The notes beneath the pieces were generated by a model. It had not been told where the DNA came from. It saw only the letters and a list, made by a program, of their open reading frames with translations, and made no database searches. This document shows positions 30,017 through 36,906 of a DNA stretch of 53,631 nt, piece by piece (position 1 is the stretch's first letter; each line of letters begins with the position of its first letter). The position numbers were made by a program, and so were the translations under genes. The stretch covers positions 1 through 53,631 of the IMG/VR virus record IMGVR_UViG_3300020042_009392; one strand, given 5' to 3'. This stretch comes from a virus. Lineage: Duplodnaviria > Caudoviricetes.

Positions 30017-30801
30017 TAAGTGTAATTATACCAACATACCGCAACCCAAAATGTCTAGACATTTGCTTGGAATCAGCATTACGAACTCAAGAACACCAAA
30101 ACGAAATTATAGTTATTGTAGATGGCTATGCTGAGGAATCTGCTCACATTATAGAAAAATATGATGGTAAGGTTGGTTTTCTCCCCTTAGAACAAAATAT
30201 GGGTATGCAATATGCTCTAAACACAGGAATATATAATGCTGAAAATGAATGGATATTAATCGTTAATGATGATAATGTATTTCCTCAAGGATGGGACACC
30301 ATATTACTACAAGATAAACAAAAAAAATTAGTAATTACCCCTAACCAAATAGAACGTAAACCAAGTATGTTTGGATTTGTGGTTGGTGATTTTGGAGGAG
30401 TAGATGATTTTAGATTAGATGAATATTTAGAGCAGGAGCCAAATACAAGACAACAAACACTAACTAATAATGGAGAAATATTTCCGTTCTTCATGGAAAA
30501 GAAATGGTATATGGTTGTAGGTGGATTTGATATCTGGTATCCATCTCCATTCATATGTGATTGGGATTTCTTCTTAAAATTAGAGATGATTGGTTTAAAC
30601 TTTGTAAGATCAAATAAATTAGCATTCTACCATTTTGGTAGTATGGCTACTAAAAACAGTAATGAAAAAGATAAATTTACACAAAGCGAAGGATTAGCAT
30701 CTCAGATGTTTGAATATAAGTGGGGATTCGGACCTATTAGACACCAAAATAATTCTCACAAACCACAAAATGCAGAAATAAAAGGAGTTAAGTATGAGTA
30801 A
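30013..30801 (+). CDS. GT2 glycosyltransferase
   Basis: ISVIIPTY, VIVDG, VNDD, GGFD, DWDF; start moved to ATG 30013. Confidence 0.88.
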   Translation: MISVIIPTYRNPKCLDICLESALRTQEHQNEIIVIVDGYAEESAHIIEKYDGKVGFLPLEQNMGMQYALNTGIYNAENEWILIVNDDNVFPQGWDTILLQDKQKKLVITPNQIERKPSMFGFVVGDFGGVDDFRLDEYLEQEPNTRQQTLTNNGEIFPFFMEKKWYMVVGGFDIWYPSPFICDWDFFLKLEMIGLNFVRSNKLAFYHFGSMATKNSNEKDKFTQSEGLASQMFEYKWGFGPIRHQNNSHKPQNAEIKGVKYE

Positions 30802-31789
30802 AGTATTAATTACAGGAGTAGCAGGATTACTAGGAAGTAGACTAGCAGACTGGATTATTGAAACACAACCAGGAGTTGAAGTGGTAGGTATAGATGATCT
30901 ATCTGGTGGGTATGAAGAAAATATTAATCCAAAAGTTGAATTTTGGAGAATGAATTTAGTAGAACATCCTATTGAAAACTGCTTCGAAGTACATAACTTC
31001 GATTATGTATTTCACTTTGCTGCTTACGCTGCTGAAGGACTATCTCCATTTATCAGACAATACAACTATGAAAATAATCTAGTAGCAACAGCTAGGGTTA
31101 TAAATAACTGTATCAAGTATAACGTTAAACGTTTAGTATTCACATCAACATTAGCTGTCTACGGACACGGAAATTATGGGATATTCGATGAAACTCAAAT
31201 ACCAAAACCAATTGATCCATATGGCGTAGCAAAGTATGGTTGTGAAATGGATATTCAGATAGCTAATGAACAACATGGCTTAGACTATTGCATTATTAGA
31301 CCTCATAATGTGTATGGTACTAAACAAAACATCTGGGATAAGTATCGCAATGTATTAGGTATCTGGATGTACCAACATATGAATGGCGAACCAATGACAA
31401 TATTTGGAGATGGAACCCAAACACGAGCATTCAGCTATATCGATGATTCACTTAAATCGTTATGGAATGCTGCTGTATTGCCTCAAGCATCTAAACAAAT
31501 AATTAATCTAGGCGGTATTGAAGAATATTCAATCAATCACGCCTGTGAAGTATTAAGAGATGTAGTTGGAGGTGGAGAGATAATCTATAAAGAAGCAAGA
31601 CACGAAGTAAAACACTCTATCCCAACATACCAAAAATCAATTGACATTTTAGGATTTGAACATAAAACATCATTAAAAGACGGATTAAATGAAATGTGGA
31701 AGTGGGTCCAACAACAACCCACCCGTGATCGCTTCGTTTGGCCTAGTTATGAACTAGATAAAGGAATATATAGCTTTTGGAAAAGATAA
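30794..31789 (+). CDS. NAD-dependent nucleotide-sugar epimerase/dehydratase
   Basis: TGVAGLLG, HFAA, PYGVAK, RPHNVYG, RAFSYIDD. Confidence 0.9.
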   Translation: MSKVLITGVAGLLGSRLADWIIETQPGVEVVGIDDLSGGYEENINPKVEFWRMNLVEHPIENCFEVHNFDYVFHFAAYAAEGLSPFIRQYNYENNLVATARVINNCIKYNVKRLVFTSTLAVYGHGNYGIFDETQIPKPIDPYGVAKYGCEMDIQIANEQHGLDYCIIRPHNVYGTKQNIWDKYRNVLGIWMYQHMNGEPMTIFGDGTQTRAFSYIDDSLKSLWNAAVLPQASKQIINLGGIEEYSINHACEVLRDVVGGGEIIYKEARHEVKHSIPTYQKSIDILGFEHKTSLKDGLNEMWKWVQQQPTRDRFVWPSYELDKGIYSFWKR

Positions 31790-31822
31790 AAATATAACTT
31801 ATATTTATCAAAAAATACGTTT

Positions 31823-32365
31823 ATGTCAAGAGAGCGCCGTTCCAAACTGGATCCGTTAAGTCGAGTTATAACATTGGGGTATATTGATGGCATAACAGTT
31901 AACGAGATCATACAGGATATATATGAGATTAATGCTGAGGACGCTAAAAAGCAAATAGTAGAACCGATAAAACTCATTATCAACTCACCTGGAGGAGAGA
32001 TATATAATGGGATGGCTTTAATTGATGTAATTGATTCTTCGCAGACTCCAATCCACACAATATGTCATGGTCATGCAATGTCGATGGCATTAGTGGTATT
32101 TGCGTCGGGTCATGTTAGACAGGCTAGCAAATATGCTACATTCATGTACCACGAGGGTAATTATGAGGTTGAAGGTAAAGTAGCATTTCATAAACAAGAA
32201 TTAGCTGAGTGTTTACGTATTGATAAGGCGTGTGATACTTACTTCATGTCTAAAACAAAATTCACAGATAAGATATTAAAACCACATAGGGATAGACAAG
32301 CTGAATGGTATTTCGATGTTAAAGTAGCACAGAGATATGGCTTAGTAGATGAGATCCTTGAATAA
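31823..32365 (+). CDS. clpP: ClpP-family protease subunit
   Basis: INSPGG, AMSMA (Ser), MYHE (His), YGLVDEI. Confidence 0.85.
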   Translation: MSRERRSKLDPLSRVITLGYIDGITVNEIIQDIYEINAEDAKKQIVEPIKLIINSPGGEIYNGMALIDVIDSSQTPIHTICHGHAMSMALVVFASGHVRQASKYATFMYHEGNYEVEGKVAFHKQELAECLRIDKACDTYFMSKTKFTDKILKPHRDRQAEWYFDVKVAQRYGLVDEILE

Positions 32366-32394
32366 CTTCACATATTTATATATAAACGCATATA

Positions 32395-32715
32395 ATGGCA
32401 ATCAGTCCTAAACTTAAAGTAGACGTAAATCACAACCCAACTAAAAAGGGTATTAAGGTACAATTCGTATTACCTCAAGCAATTGAAGGTGATGCTAAAG
32501 CAACTGCTACTCAGAAATTACAATCAAAGTTAAACGCAGGTTTATCTCAATACAACTTAACAGTATCTCAAGATACAGACGTTCCTTATTCAAATGTTAT
32601 TGGATTCTTAATCCCAATCACGGATATTAAATTATTCATTAAGAACGCTATTAGTGGTGGTACTGGAGAAGCTGCTCCCGAAGCACCAGCAACAGAGGCT
32701 CCACCAGCGATATAG
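32395..32715 (+). CDS. Hypothetical protein with Ala/Pro-rich tail
   Basis: ORF behind an ATATTTAT motif. Confidence 0.65.
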   Translation: MAISPKLKVDVNHNPTKKGIKVQFVLPQAIEGDAKATATQKLQSKLNAGLSQYNLTVSQDTDVPYSNVIGFLIPITDIKLFIKNAISGGTGEAAPEAPATEAPPAI

Positions 32716-32718
32716 TTT

Positions 32719-33036
32719 ATGATTAAAACTAAAAAAATGAGGAGAAAAGTACCTGTATTCAGAGTAAATTTGCCTCCAGATATTCCGTATACCCAACTTA
32801 CGGAAGTACCTGAAATAAAGCAAGTGGTTATGGAAGAGGTAGTTTACGCTATCAAGGAAGGAATTACTAAAAATAGAAAAATTATCTCACTATTTGAAGT
32901 GGGTAATTCAGAATATACGGTTGAATTAGAAAAAGATAAATGGCAAATCTCACTTGAGACAGCTATCGAATATTATGCTGAAAAGGAAGAATACGATAAA
33001 TGTATAGAGTGTAGAGATTTGATCACTAAAATTTAA
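32719..33036 (+). CDS. Hypothetical protein with UVR-like C-terminal motif
   Basis: EKEEYDKCIECRD; similar layout to 36577..36906. Confidence 0.6.
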   Translation: MIKTKKMRRKVPVFRVNLPPDIPYTQLTEVPEIKQVVMEEVVYAIKEGITKNRKIISLFEVGNSEYTVELEKDKWQISLETAIEYYAEKEEYDKCIECRDLITKI

Positions 33037-33039
33037 GTT

Positions 33040-33459
33040 ATGGACGAACACGCTAAAGGAGTACAACAATCAATAGAATCTATTATTGGTGCAGACACAA
33101 TTTTAAAACGTAGAAAGAAGACAGAAGACGACATTAATAGAGATATATTTGAAAAAATAATAATAGCTCTAGAACAAGCAAACGTCAGATCATCTATTAT
33201 AGGAGGTGACTTTAAATTAGACTTTACTTCATATGACGAAACATTCTATGAAATAATTGATAACCTAATACTAATGCAGTTTGGAAAAGAAGCATCTGAA
33301 GTTATATTCTTCTATGTCTATGAAAGAATAAATCCAGATGGTACTGTAAACGAATTAGCTGATCAAGATAATAATGTAGTTGCTCTTAATAGCCCAACTG
33401 ATTTATGGATGTTAGTTAACCATATAAAAAATAAAACTAACAAAACAAAGAAAAAATAA
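33040..33459 (+). CDS. Hypothetical protein
   Basis: ORF in operon. Confidence 0.6.
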   Translation: MDEHAKGVQQSIESIIGADTILKRRKKTEDDINRDIFEKIIIALEQANVRSSIIGGDFKLDFTSYDETFYEIIDNLILMQFGKEASEVIFFYVYERINPDGTVNELADQDNNVVALNSPTDLWMLVNHIKNKTNKTKKK

Positions 33460-33462
33460 GTT

Positions 33463-34065
33463 ATGCCTGCTACTAAACCTATATCTAGGGAGGATGTCCT
33501 ACGCGCAATGCGCTTTACAAAATCCAATCGAGCTGCAGCCAAATATCTAGGCTGCTCATACCAACACTATAAGCCATTTGCTAAAGTGTATAAAGTAGAT
33601 GAAAGCGATCACAATTCACCTTCACTATTTGATACCCACAAGAACCAAAGTGGTAAAGGCATTCCTAAATTCCTACCTAACAGACGTAGGGAACCAAATG
33701 TCAAAAACATAGTTGAGACTGGTACAGGATGGGAATCATTCACACCTGAAAAGATCAAAGCAAGATTGATAGCTGAGAGCTATTTAAAAGAAGAATGCTA
33801 CGCCTGTGGATTCTGCGAGCGTAGAGTTACTGATTATAAGATGCCTCTACTATTAAATTTTAAAGACGGTTATAAGAATAACTACCTACTAGACAATCTA
33901 GAATTGCTATGCTACAACCACTACTATCTACTAGTAGCTGACCCACTAACACCAGACCAGATACGCCACGTTGAAGACAATACAGGTGTTAGAGCCGTAG
34001 CGCACGATTGGGACCTAGACGAAGCTCAATTAGAGAACATGAAAGCATTAGGATTGTTGGATTAG
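33463..34065 (+). CDS. HTH plus degenerate HNH-like protein
   Basis: AAAKYLGCSY; CYACG...LNFKDG..NN..DNLELLCYNH. Confidence 0.6.
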   Translation: MPATKPISREDVLRAMRFTKSNRAAAKYLGCSYQHYKPFAKVYKVDESDHNSPSLFDTHKNQSGKGIPKFLPNRRREPNVKNIVETGTGWESFTPEKIKARLIAESYLKEECYACGFCERRVTDYKMPLLLNFKDGYKNNYLLDNLELLCYNHYYLLVADPLTPDQIRHVEDNTGVRAVAHDWDLDEAQLENMKALGLLD

Positions 34066-34087
34066 GCAAAATAAGGTCGTACATTTA
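34056..34087 (+). promoter_or_regulatory. Class I phage promoter motif upstream of the RNA island operon
   Basis: GTTG-N20-TACATTTA with CAAA 13 nt before TA. Confidence 0.6.
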
Positions 34088-34107
34088 CGGTATAAATAAA
34101 TAAAAAC

Positions 34108-34401
34108 ATGAGTTACGAATTAGCACAAAAATATGCTGAGTTTGAAATCCCAAAAGATATTAAAGCAGCGTACAAATCAGGAGTACAACTAGTAGGATCA
34201 CTAGGATTCACTAAGATAATGATGTTTGCAAATGAAAATCAAATCACAAATGATGATATTGATTATTATATGAATCAAAAAGCAATGCGTGGTGAAGATG
34301 AAACGTTTGAAGAATATAAACAACGTTCTAGATTCGCAAACGTACTATATAAGTACAGAAAATACTTATACGATTATTCAGTATACGAAAAACAAAATTA
34401 A
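34108..34401 (+). CDS. Hypothetical protein
   Basis: ORF behind a promoter motif. Confidence 0.6.
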   Translation: MSYELAQKYAEFEIPKDIKAAYKSGVQLVGSLGFTKIMMFANENQITNDDIDYYMNQKAMRGEDETFEEYKQRSRFANVLYKYRKYLYDYSVYEKQN

Positions 34402-34407
34402 TAAAAC

Positions 34408-34644
34408 ATGGGACAGTATTTCAATGTAAAAGTTCAATTTAGAACTGAAAGCGACAATGGTAAAGTAAAAAAAGAAACAGTAAATTATCTAGTTGATGCA
34501 ATGTCAGTAACAGAAGCAGAAGCTAGAACAGTTGAATATTTATTGAGCCGTGACGAAGAGGCGTTTGAAGTAAAAGCAGCATCTGAAGCTAAGATTGCTG
34601 AAGTAATTTTAGCTGACACTGCAGAAGTAGCTTCTATCGACTAA
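34408..34644 (+). CDS. DUF4494-like protein
   Basis: F.VKV...GKVKK...YLVDAMSVTEAEAR, a Bacteroidetes-associated family. Confidence 0.75.
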   Translation: MGQYFNVKVQFRTESDNGKVKKETVNYLVDAMSVTEAEARTVEYLLSRDEEAFEVKAASEAKIAEVILADTAEVASID

Positions 34645-34701
34645 GGGTTAGGTCACTTCCCTTTCACGGAAGTAATACGGGTTCGAATCCCGTTGGAAGT
34701 A
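34630..34701 (+). tRNA. tRNA-Glu(TTC)
   Basis: GCTTCTA/TGGAAGT acceptor, CTTCC-CTTTCAC-GGAAG anticodon arm, GTTCGAATC T loop; no encoded CCA. Confidence 0.92.
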
Positions 34702-34703
34702 CA

Positions 34704-34808
34704 AGGTTGATTGGAATGTACCCTTTAACTGTAGGAAGGGCGGGTACCTCGCGGTTAGAAATGCCAATCGTAAAAGTAGATGTCCACGCACCCATCTTCT
34801 ACTTTCCT
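34704..34808 (+). ncRNA. Unknown structured RNA A with possible pseudoknot
   Basis: TGATTGG/CCAATCG, GTACCC/GGGTAC, AAAGTAGA/TCTACTTT, crossing TTAACTG/CGGTTAG. Confidence 0.55.
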
Positions 34809-34814
34809 AAAATA

Positions 34815-34894
34815 ATCAGTCAGCAGGGGATTTGTAAACCCCATTGTATAAATGACAAACACAGGTCAAAACTGATGCAATATGCTGAATTGAT
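34815..34894 (+). ncRNA. Unknown structured RNA B
   Basis: ATCAGTCAGCA/TGCTGAATTGAT closing stem, GGGG/CCCC, ATTGTAT/ATGCAAT, TGAC-AAACACAG-GTCA hairpin. Confidence 0.55.
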
Positions 34895-34900
34895 CAAATT

Positions 34901-34964
34901 TAAGGAACGTTGGGGTTACGGATTCCGTCCTCTCACGTTTAAACAACTAATGAAGGTGTCCTTA
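34901..34964 (+). ncRNA. Unknown structured RNA C
   Basis: TAAGGA/TCCTTA closing stem, AACGT/ACGTT and ACGG/CCGT inner stems. Confidence 0.4.
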
Positions 34965-34967
34965 TAC

Positions 34968-35040
34968 TCCAGAATAGCTCAGTTGGTAGAGCAACTGATT
35001 TGTAATCAGTAGGTCGTAAGTTCGATTCTTATTTCTGGAT
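34968..35040 (+). tRNA. tRNA-Thr(TGT)
   Basis: TCCAGAA/TTCTGGA, GCTC/GAGC D arm, ACTGA-TTTGTAA-TCAGT, GTTCGATTC. Confidence 0.93.
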
Positions 35041-35043
35041 CAA

Positions 35044-35144
35044 AGATGAGTGTTGACGAAACCCTATTCACCCGTAACTGTCACGTGTAACTCGAGGTGA
35101 GAGCAAGTAGTAACTTTGTTTAGTTGGCCGCTAAACCTCATCTG
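35044..35144 (+). ncRNA. Unknown structured RNA D with acceptor/T-arm-like geometry
   Basis: 7-bp AGATGAG/CTCATCT directly adjoining the GTTTAG-N7-CTAAAC hairpin; TCACC/GGTGA. Confidence 0.5.
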
Positions 35145-35149
35145 TTTAT

Positions 35150-35288
35150 AGTTAGGTGGCGAAAATTCAGTTGGCTCGGACCCAGCTGACGGCAGACGCT
35201 ATGAGAAGAACACAGCCTATCCCGATTTGCGTGGAACACAGGTCAATACTAAAGTGCGTTCATACAGGTTCGAATCCTGTCCTGACTA
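35150..35288 (+). ncRNA. tRNA-shell RNA 1 (no anticodon arm, inserted domains)
   Basis: AGTTAGG/CCTGACT+A, Leu-type D arm with inserted hairpin, ACAGG-TTCGAAT-CCTGT T arm. Confidence 0.7.
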
Positions 35289-35306
35289 CAGCCTCTCATC
35301 TATTGC

Positions 35307-35421
35307 TGTGAAGAGAACTGATGAGTATCGTTGGAGGACACAGACCTCACGAATGATGGTTTAGGGCGAAGATAGCATCCCTATCACGAAGAGTACCAAC
35401 TTAATTGTAAAGCTCTTCACA
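35307..35421 (+). ncRNA. Unknown structured RNA F
   Basis: TGTGAAGAG/CTCTTCACA 9-bp closing stem, GAGG-ACACAGA-CCTC hairpin, GATAG/CTATC. Confidence 0.55.
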
Positions 35422-35422
35422 T

Positions 35423-35580
35423 AGTCAGGTGGCGGAATTGGTAGACGCTAATGGAGTTATACTATCAAACACAGAGGGTGAGGCGTAGATGGGAACTACT
35501 ACATTATTTCTTGGACGCAAGAAAGCAATATAACCCTAACCATTTGGTATAACATACAGGTTCAAATCCTGTCCTGACTA
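35423..35580 (+). ncRNA. tRNA-shell RNA 2 (paralogous shell, different insert)
   Basis: AGTCAGG/CCTGACT+A, TGGCGGAATTGGTAGACGC D arm, ACAGG-TTCAAAT-CCTGT T arm, about 100-nt multi-hairpin insert. Confidence 0.7.
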
Positions 35581-35586
35581 CACAAA

Positions 35587-35688
35587 GCGGAGTAGTATAC
35601 CGCCTACCATAGACCGAATCCCAATCCATGCATGGATAGTCCGAAGTAACACTTCAATGGGGACACGACCTAGAGATGGTGCTAGGTT
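35587..35688 (+). ncRNA. Hairpin-rich spacer H
   Basis: GCGG/CCGC, ATCCATGCATGGAT palindrome, GAAGT/ACTTC, ACCTAG/CTAGGT. Confidence 0.35.
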
Positions 35689-35692
35689 AAAC

Positions 35693-35777
35693 GGAAAGAT
35701 GGCAGAGTGGTTGAATGCACCAGTCTTGAAAACTGGCAACTGTAATAGGTTCTGGGGTTCGAATCCCTGTCTTTCCG
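35693..35777 (+). tRNA. tRNA-Ser(TGA)
   Basis: GGAAAGA/TCTTTCC+G, CCAGT-CTTGAAA-ACTGG, long variable arm, GTTCGAATC. Confidence 0.92.
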
Positions 35778-35846
35778 CTGGTAAGAGACTTGTTCTCTCG
35801 ATCTCAATACCTAAAGTTGAGCAGCCAGTCTACGGGACTGGCATTT

Positions 35847-35917
35847 TGCCCTTTAGTATAACGGTAGTACAACGGTTTTTGGTACCGTTTGTTGTGGTTC
35901 GAATCCATGAGGGGCAA
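35847..35917 (+). tRNA. tRNA-Gln(TTG)
   Basis: TGCCCTT/AGGGGCA, ACGGT-TTTTGGT-ACCGT, GTTCGAATC. Confidence 0.9.
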
Positions 35918-35932
35918 CTAAAATTAAATTAT

Positions 35933-36157
35933 ATGTTAGTAACTTATTATCTTATATGCGTTGCATATTGCTTCTATCAATTATTTAAAAATATGAATAA
36001 TAGATACAGTGATGACCCAACAGGTGGATCACCTGAACTAGATACCATCATGGTGATAGTAATGGCTTGGGTATTAGCTCCTATTGACGTATCTTTAACT
36101 TGGATACGTTGGTATAAAGCAGCTGAGGAAGCAAGAATAAGACAATCAAAACTGTAG
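35933..36157 (+). CDS. Small two-TM membrane protein inside the RNA island
   Basis: 74 aa from ATG 35933; the longer track ORF runs through two tRNAs. Confidence 0.65.
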   Translation: MLVTYYLICVAYCFYQLFKNMNNRYSDDPTGGSPELDTIMVIVMAWVLAPIDVSLTWIRWYKAAEEARIRQSKL

Positions 36158-36310
36158 GGTGGTGAAATGGCTCTAGAGCTTGGTAGACACTCCCTCTCGT
36201 CTCGAGGGTACAGATTATGAAATAGATAAATGGTATGGGTTGACCACAAAGCCGGCTTATCTGCCATTTATTGAATCACTGTGTGTTGGTTCGACTCCAA
36301 CCCCTACAGC
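36152..36310 (+). ncRNA. tRNA-shell RNA 3 (atypical loop, giant variable arm)
   Basis: CTGTAGGG/CCCTACAG, D arm with inserted hairpin, CCCTC-TCGTCTC-GAGGG, about 75-nt variable arm, GTTGG-TTCGACT-CCAAC. Confidence 0.7.
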
Positions 36311-36313
36311 AAA

Positions 36314-36364
36314 CCGTCGAAAGCTCATCTGGCCCGAGTGAGATGGAAACGCGGATATCGGGCC
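36314..36364 (+). ncRNA. Small pseudoknot-like RNA J
   Basis: CATCT/AGATG hairpin whose loop GGCCCGA is complementary to downstream TCGGGCC. Confidence 0.45.
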
Positions 36365-36368
36365 TTAT

Positions 36369-36454
36369 GCCTTGGTGGTGAAATAGGTAGACACGCAGGA
36401 CTTAAAATCCTGTTCGCCGCAACGCGAGTGCGAGTTCGATTCTCGCCTGAGGCA
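36369..36454 (+). tRNA. tRNA-Leu(TAA)
   Basis: GCCTTGG/CTGAGGC+A, CAGGA-CTTAAAA-TCCTG, variable arm TCGC/GCGA, GTTCGATTC. Confidence 0.93.
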
Positions 36455-36455
36455 C

Positions 36456-36563
36456 AAATACACTGCTCCGAAAGGAGGACTGGACGGACGCTAAGAATGA
36501 AGAAAACGCTCTGCTACGATAAAGGTAGTATTGAGACAGTTTAACAGTACAGACAGTGTATTT
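36456..36563 (+). ncRNA. Unknown structured RNA K
   Basis: AAATACACTG/CAGTGTATTT 10-bp closing stem, CTCC-GAAA-GGAG, TGCTAC/GTAGTA. Confidence 0.55.
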
Positions 36564-36576
36564 AATATTTATCGTT

Positions 36577-36906
36577 ATGGCATGTCACTGTTTAATGTTA
36601 AAGGATCAACGTGAGTTCCTTCAATTAATGAAGGAAAGGGACAGTGATTTGATTCTTAAAATGGTTAAATGTGTACTTAGCGCATATAAACGAAATAAAG
36701 ACGGCATTGATATATTTGATATCACATTCAAGGATACAAGTGGAATGGTATTTAATATTGAAAAATCGCAGTATACCGAATTATTATCCAATTGCTTAGA
36801 CGATTTAATTGCAATTGAAGAATATGAACTGTGTGCCGATATTAAGAAAATATTAGATAAGAAGTCTAAAAAAACATCTGGGGATGTTCCGGTATTTGAT
36901 CAGTAA
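36577..36906 (+). CDS. Hypothetical protein with UVR-like motif
   Basis: AIEEYELCADIK; ATATTTAT-N4-ATG start at 36577. Confidence 0.65.
   Translation: MACHCLMLKDQREFLQLMKERDSDLILKMVKCVLSAYKRNKDGIDIFDITFKDTSGMVFNIEKSQYTELLSNCLDDLIAIEEYELCADIKKILDKKSKKTSGDVPVFDQ

Noticed and set aside
34707-35012. 101-aa plus-strand ORF in the track
   Set aside because: TTG start, overlaps structured RNAs and tRNA-Thr, no recognisable protein features
35318-35395. Hammerhead ribozyme suggested by CTGATGAG
   Set aside because: No properly placed GAAA after a stem II (only GAAT or GAAG) and no stem I/III arrangement found
35450-35466. Reading shell RNA 2 as an ochre suppressor (TTA in loop)
   Set aside because: Stem would be only 4 weak pairs with G at position 33; the same bases pair better with TGGTATAAC near the T arm
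35824-35847. Terminator GCCAGTC-TACGG-GACTGGC-ATTTT
   Set aside because: Good hairpin but short T-run abutting tRNA-Gln inside the array; cannot distinguish a terminator from part of a spacer RNA
35657-35932. N-terminal extension of the 166-aa ORF
   Set aside because: Runs through tRNA-Ser and tRNA-Gln; ATG 35933 after an A/T-rich leader is the plausible start
34702-36364. HDV-like (theta) ribozymes downstream of tRNAs
   Set aside because: Could not build the nested P1-P2-P3-P1.1 topology; element J lacks P3/L3. A descriptor search would be needed to exclude them fully
36281-36544. 87-aa ORF
   Set aside because: Overlaps shell RNA 3, tRNA-Leu and RNA K
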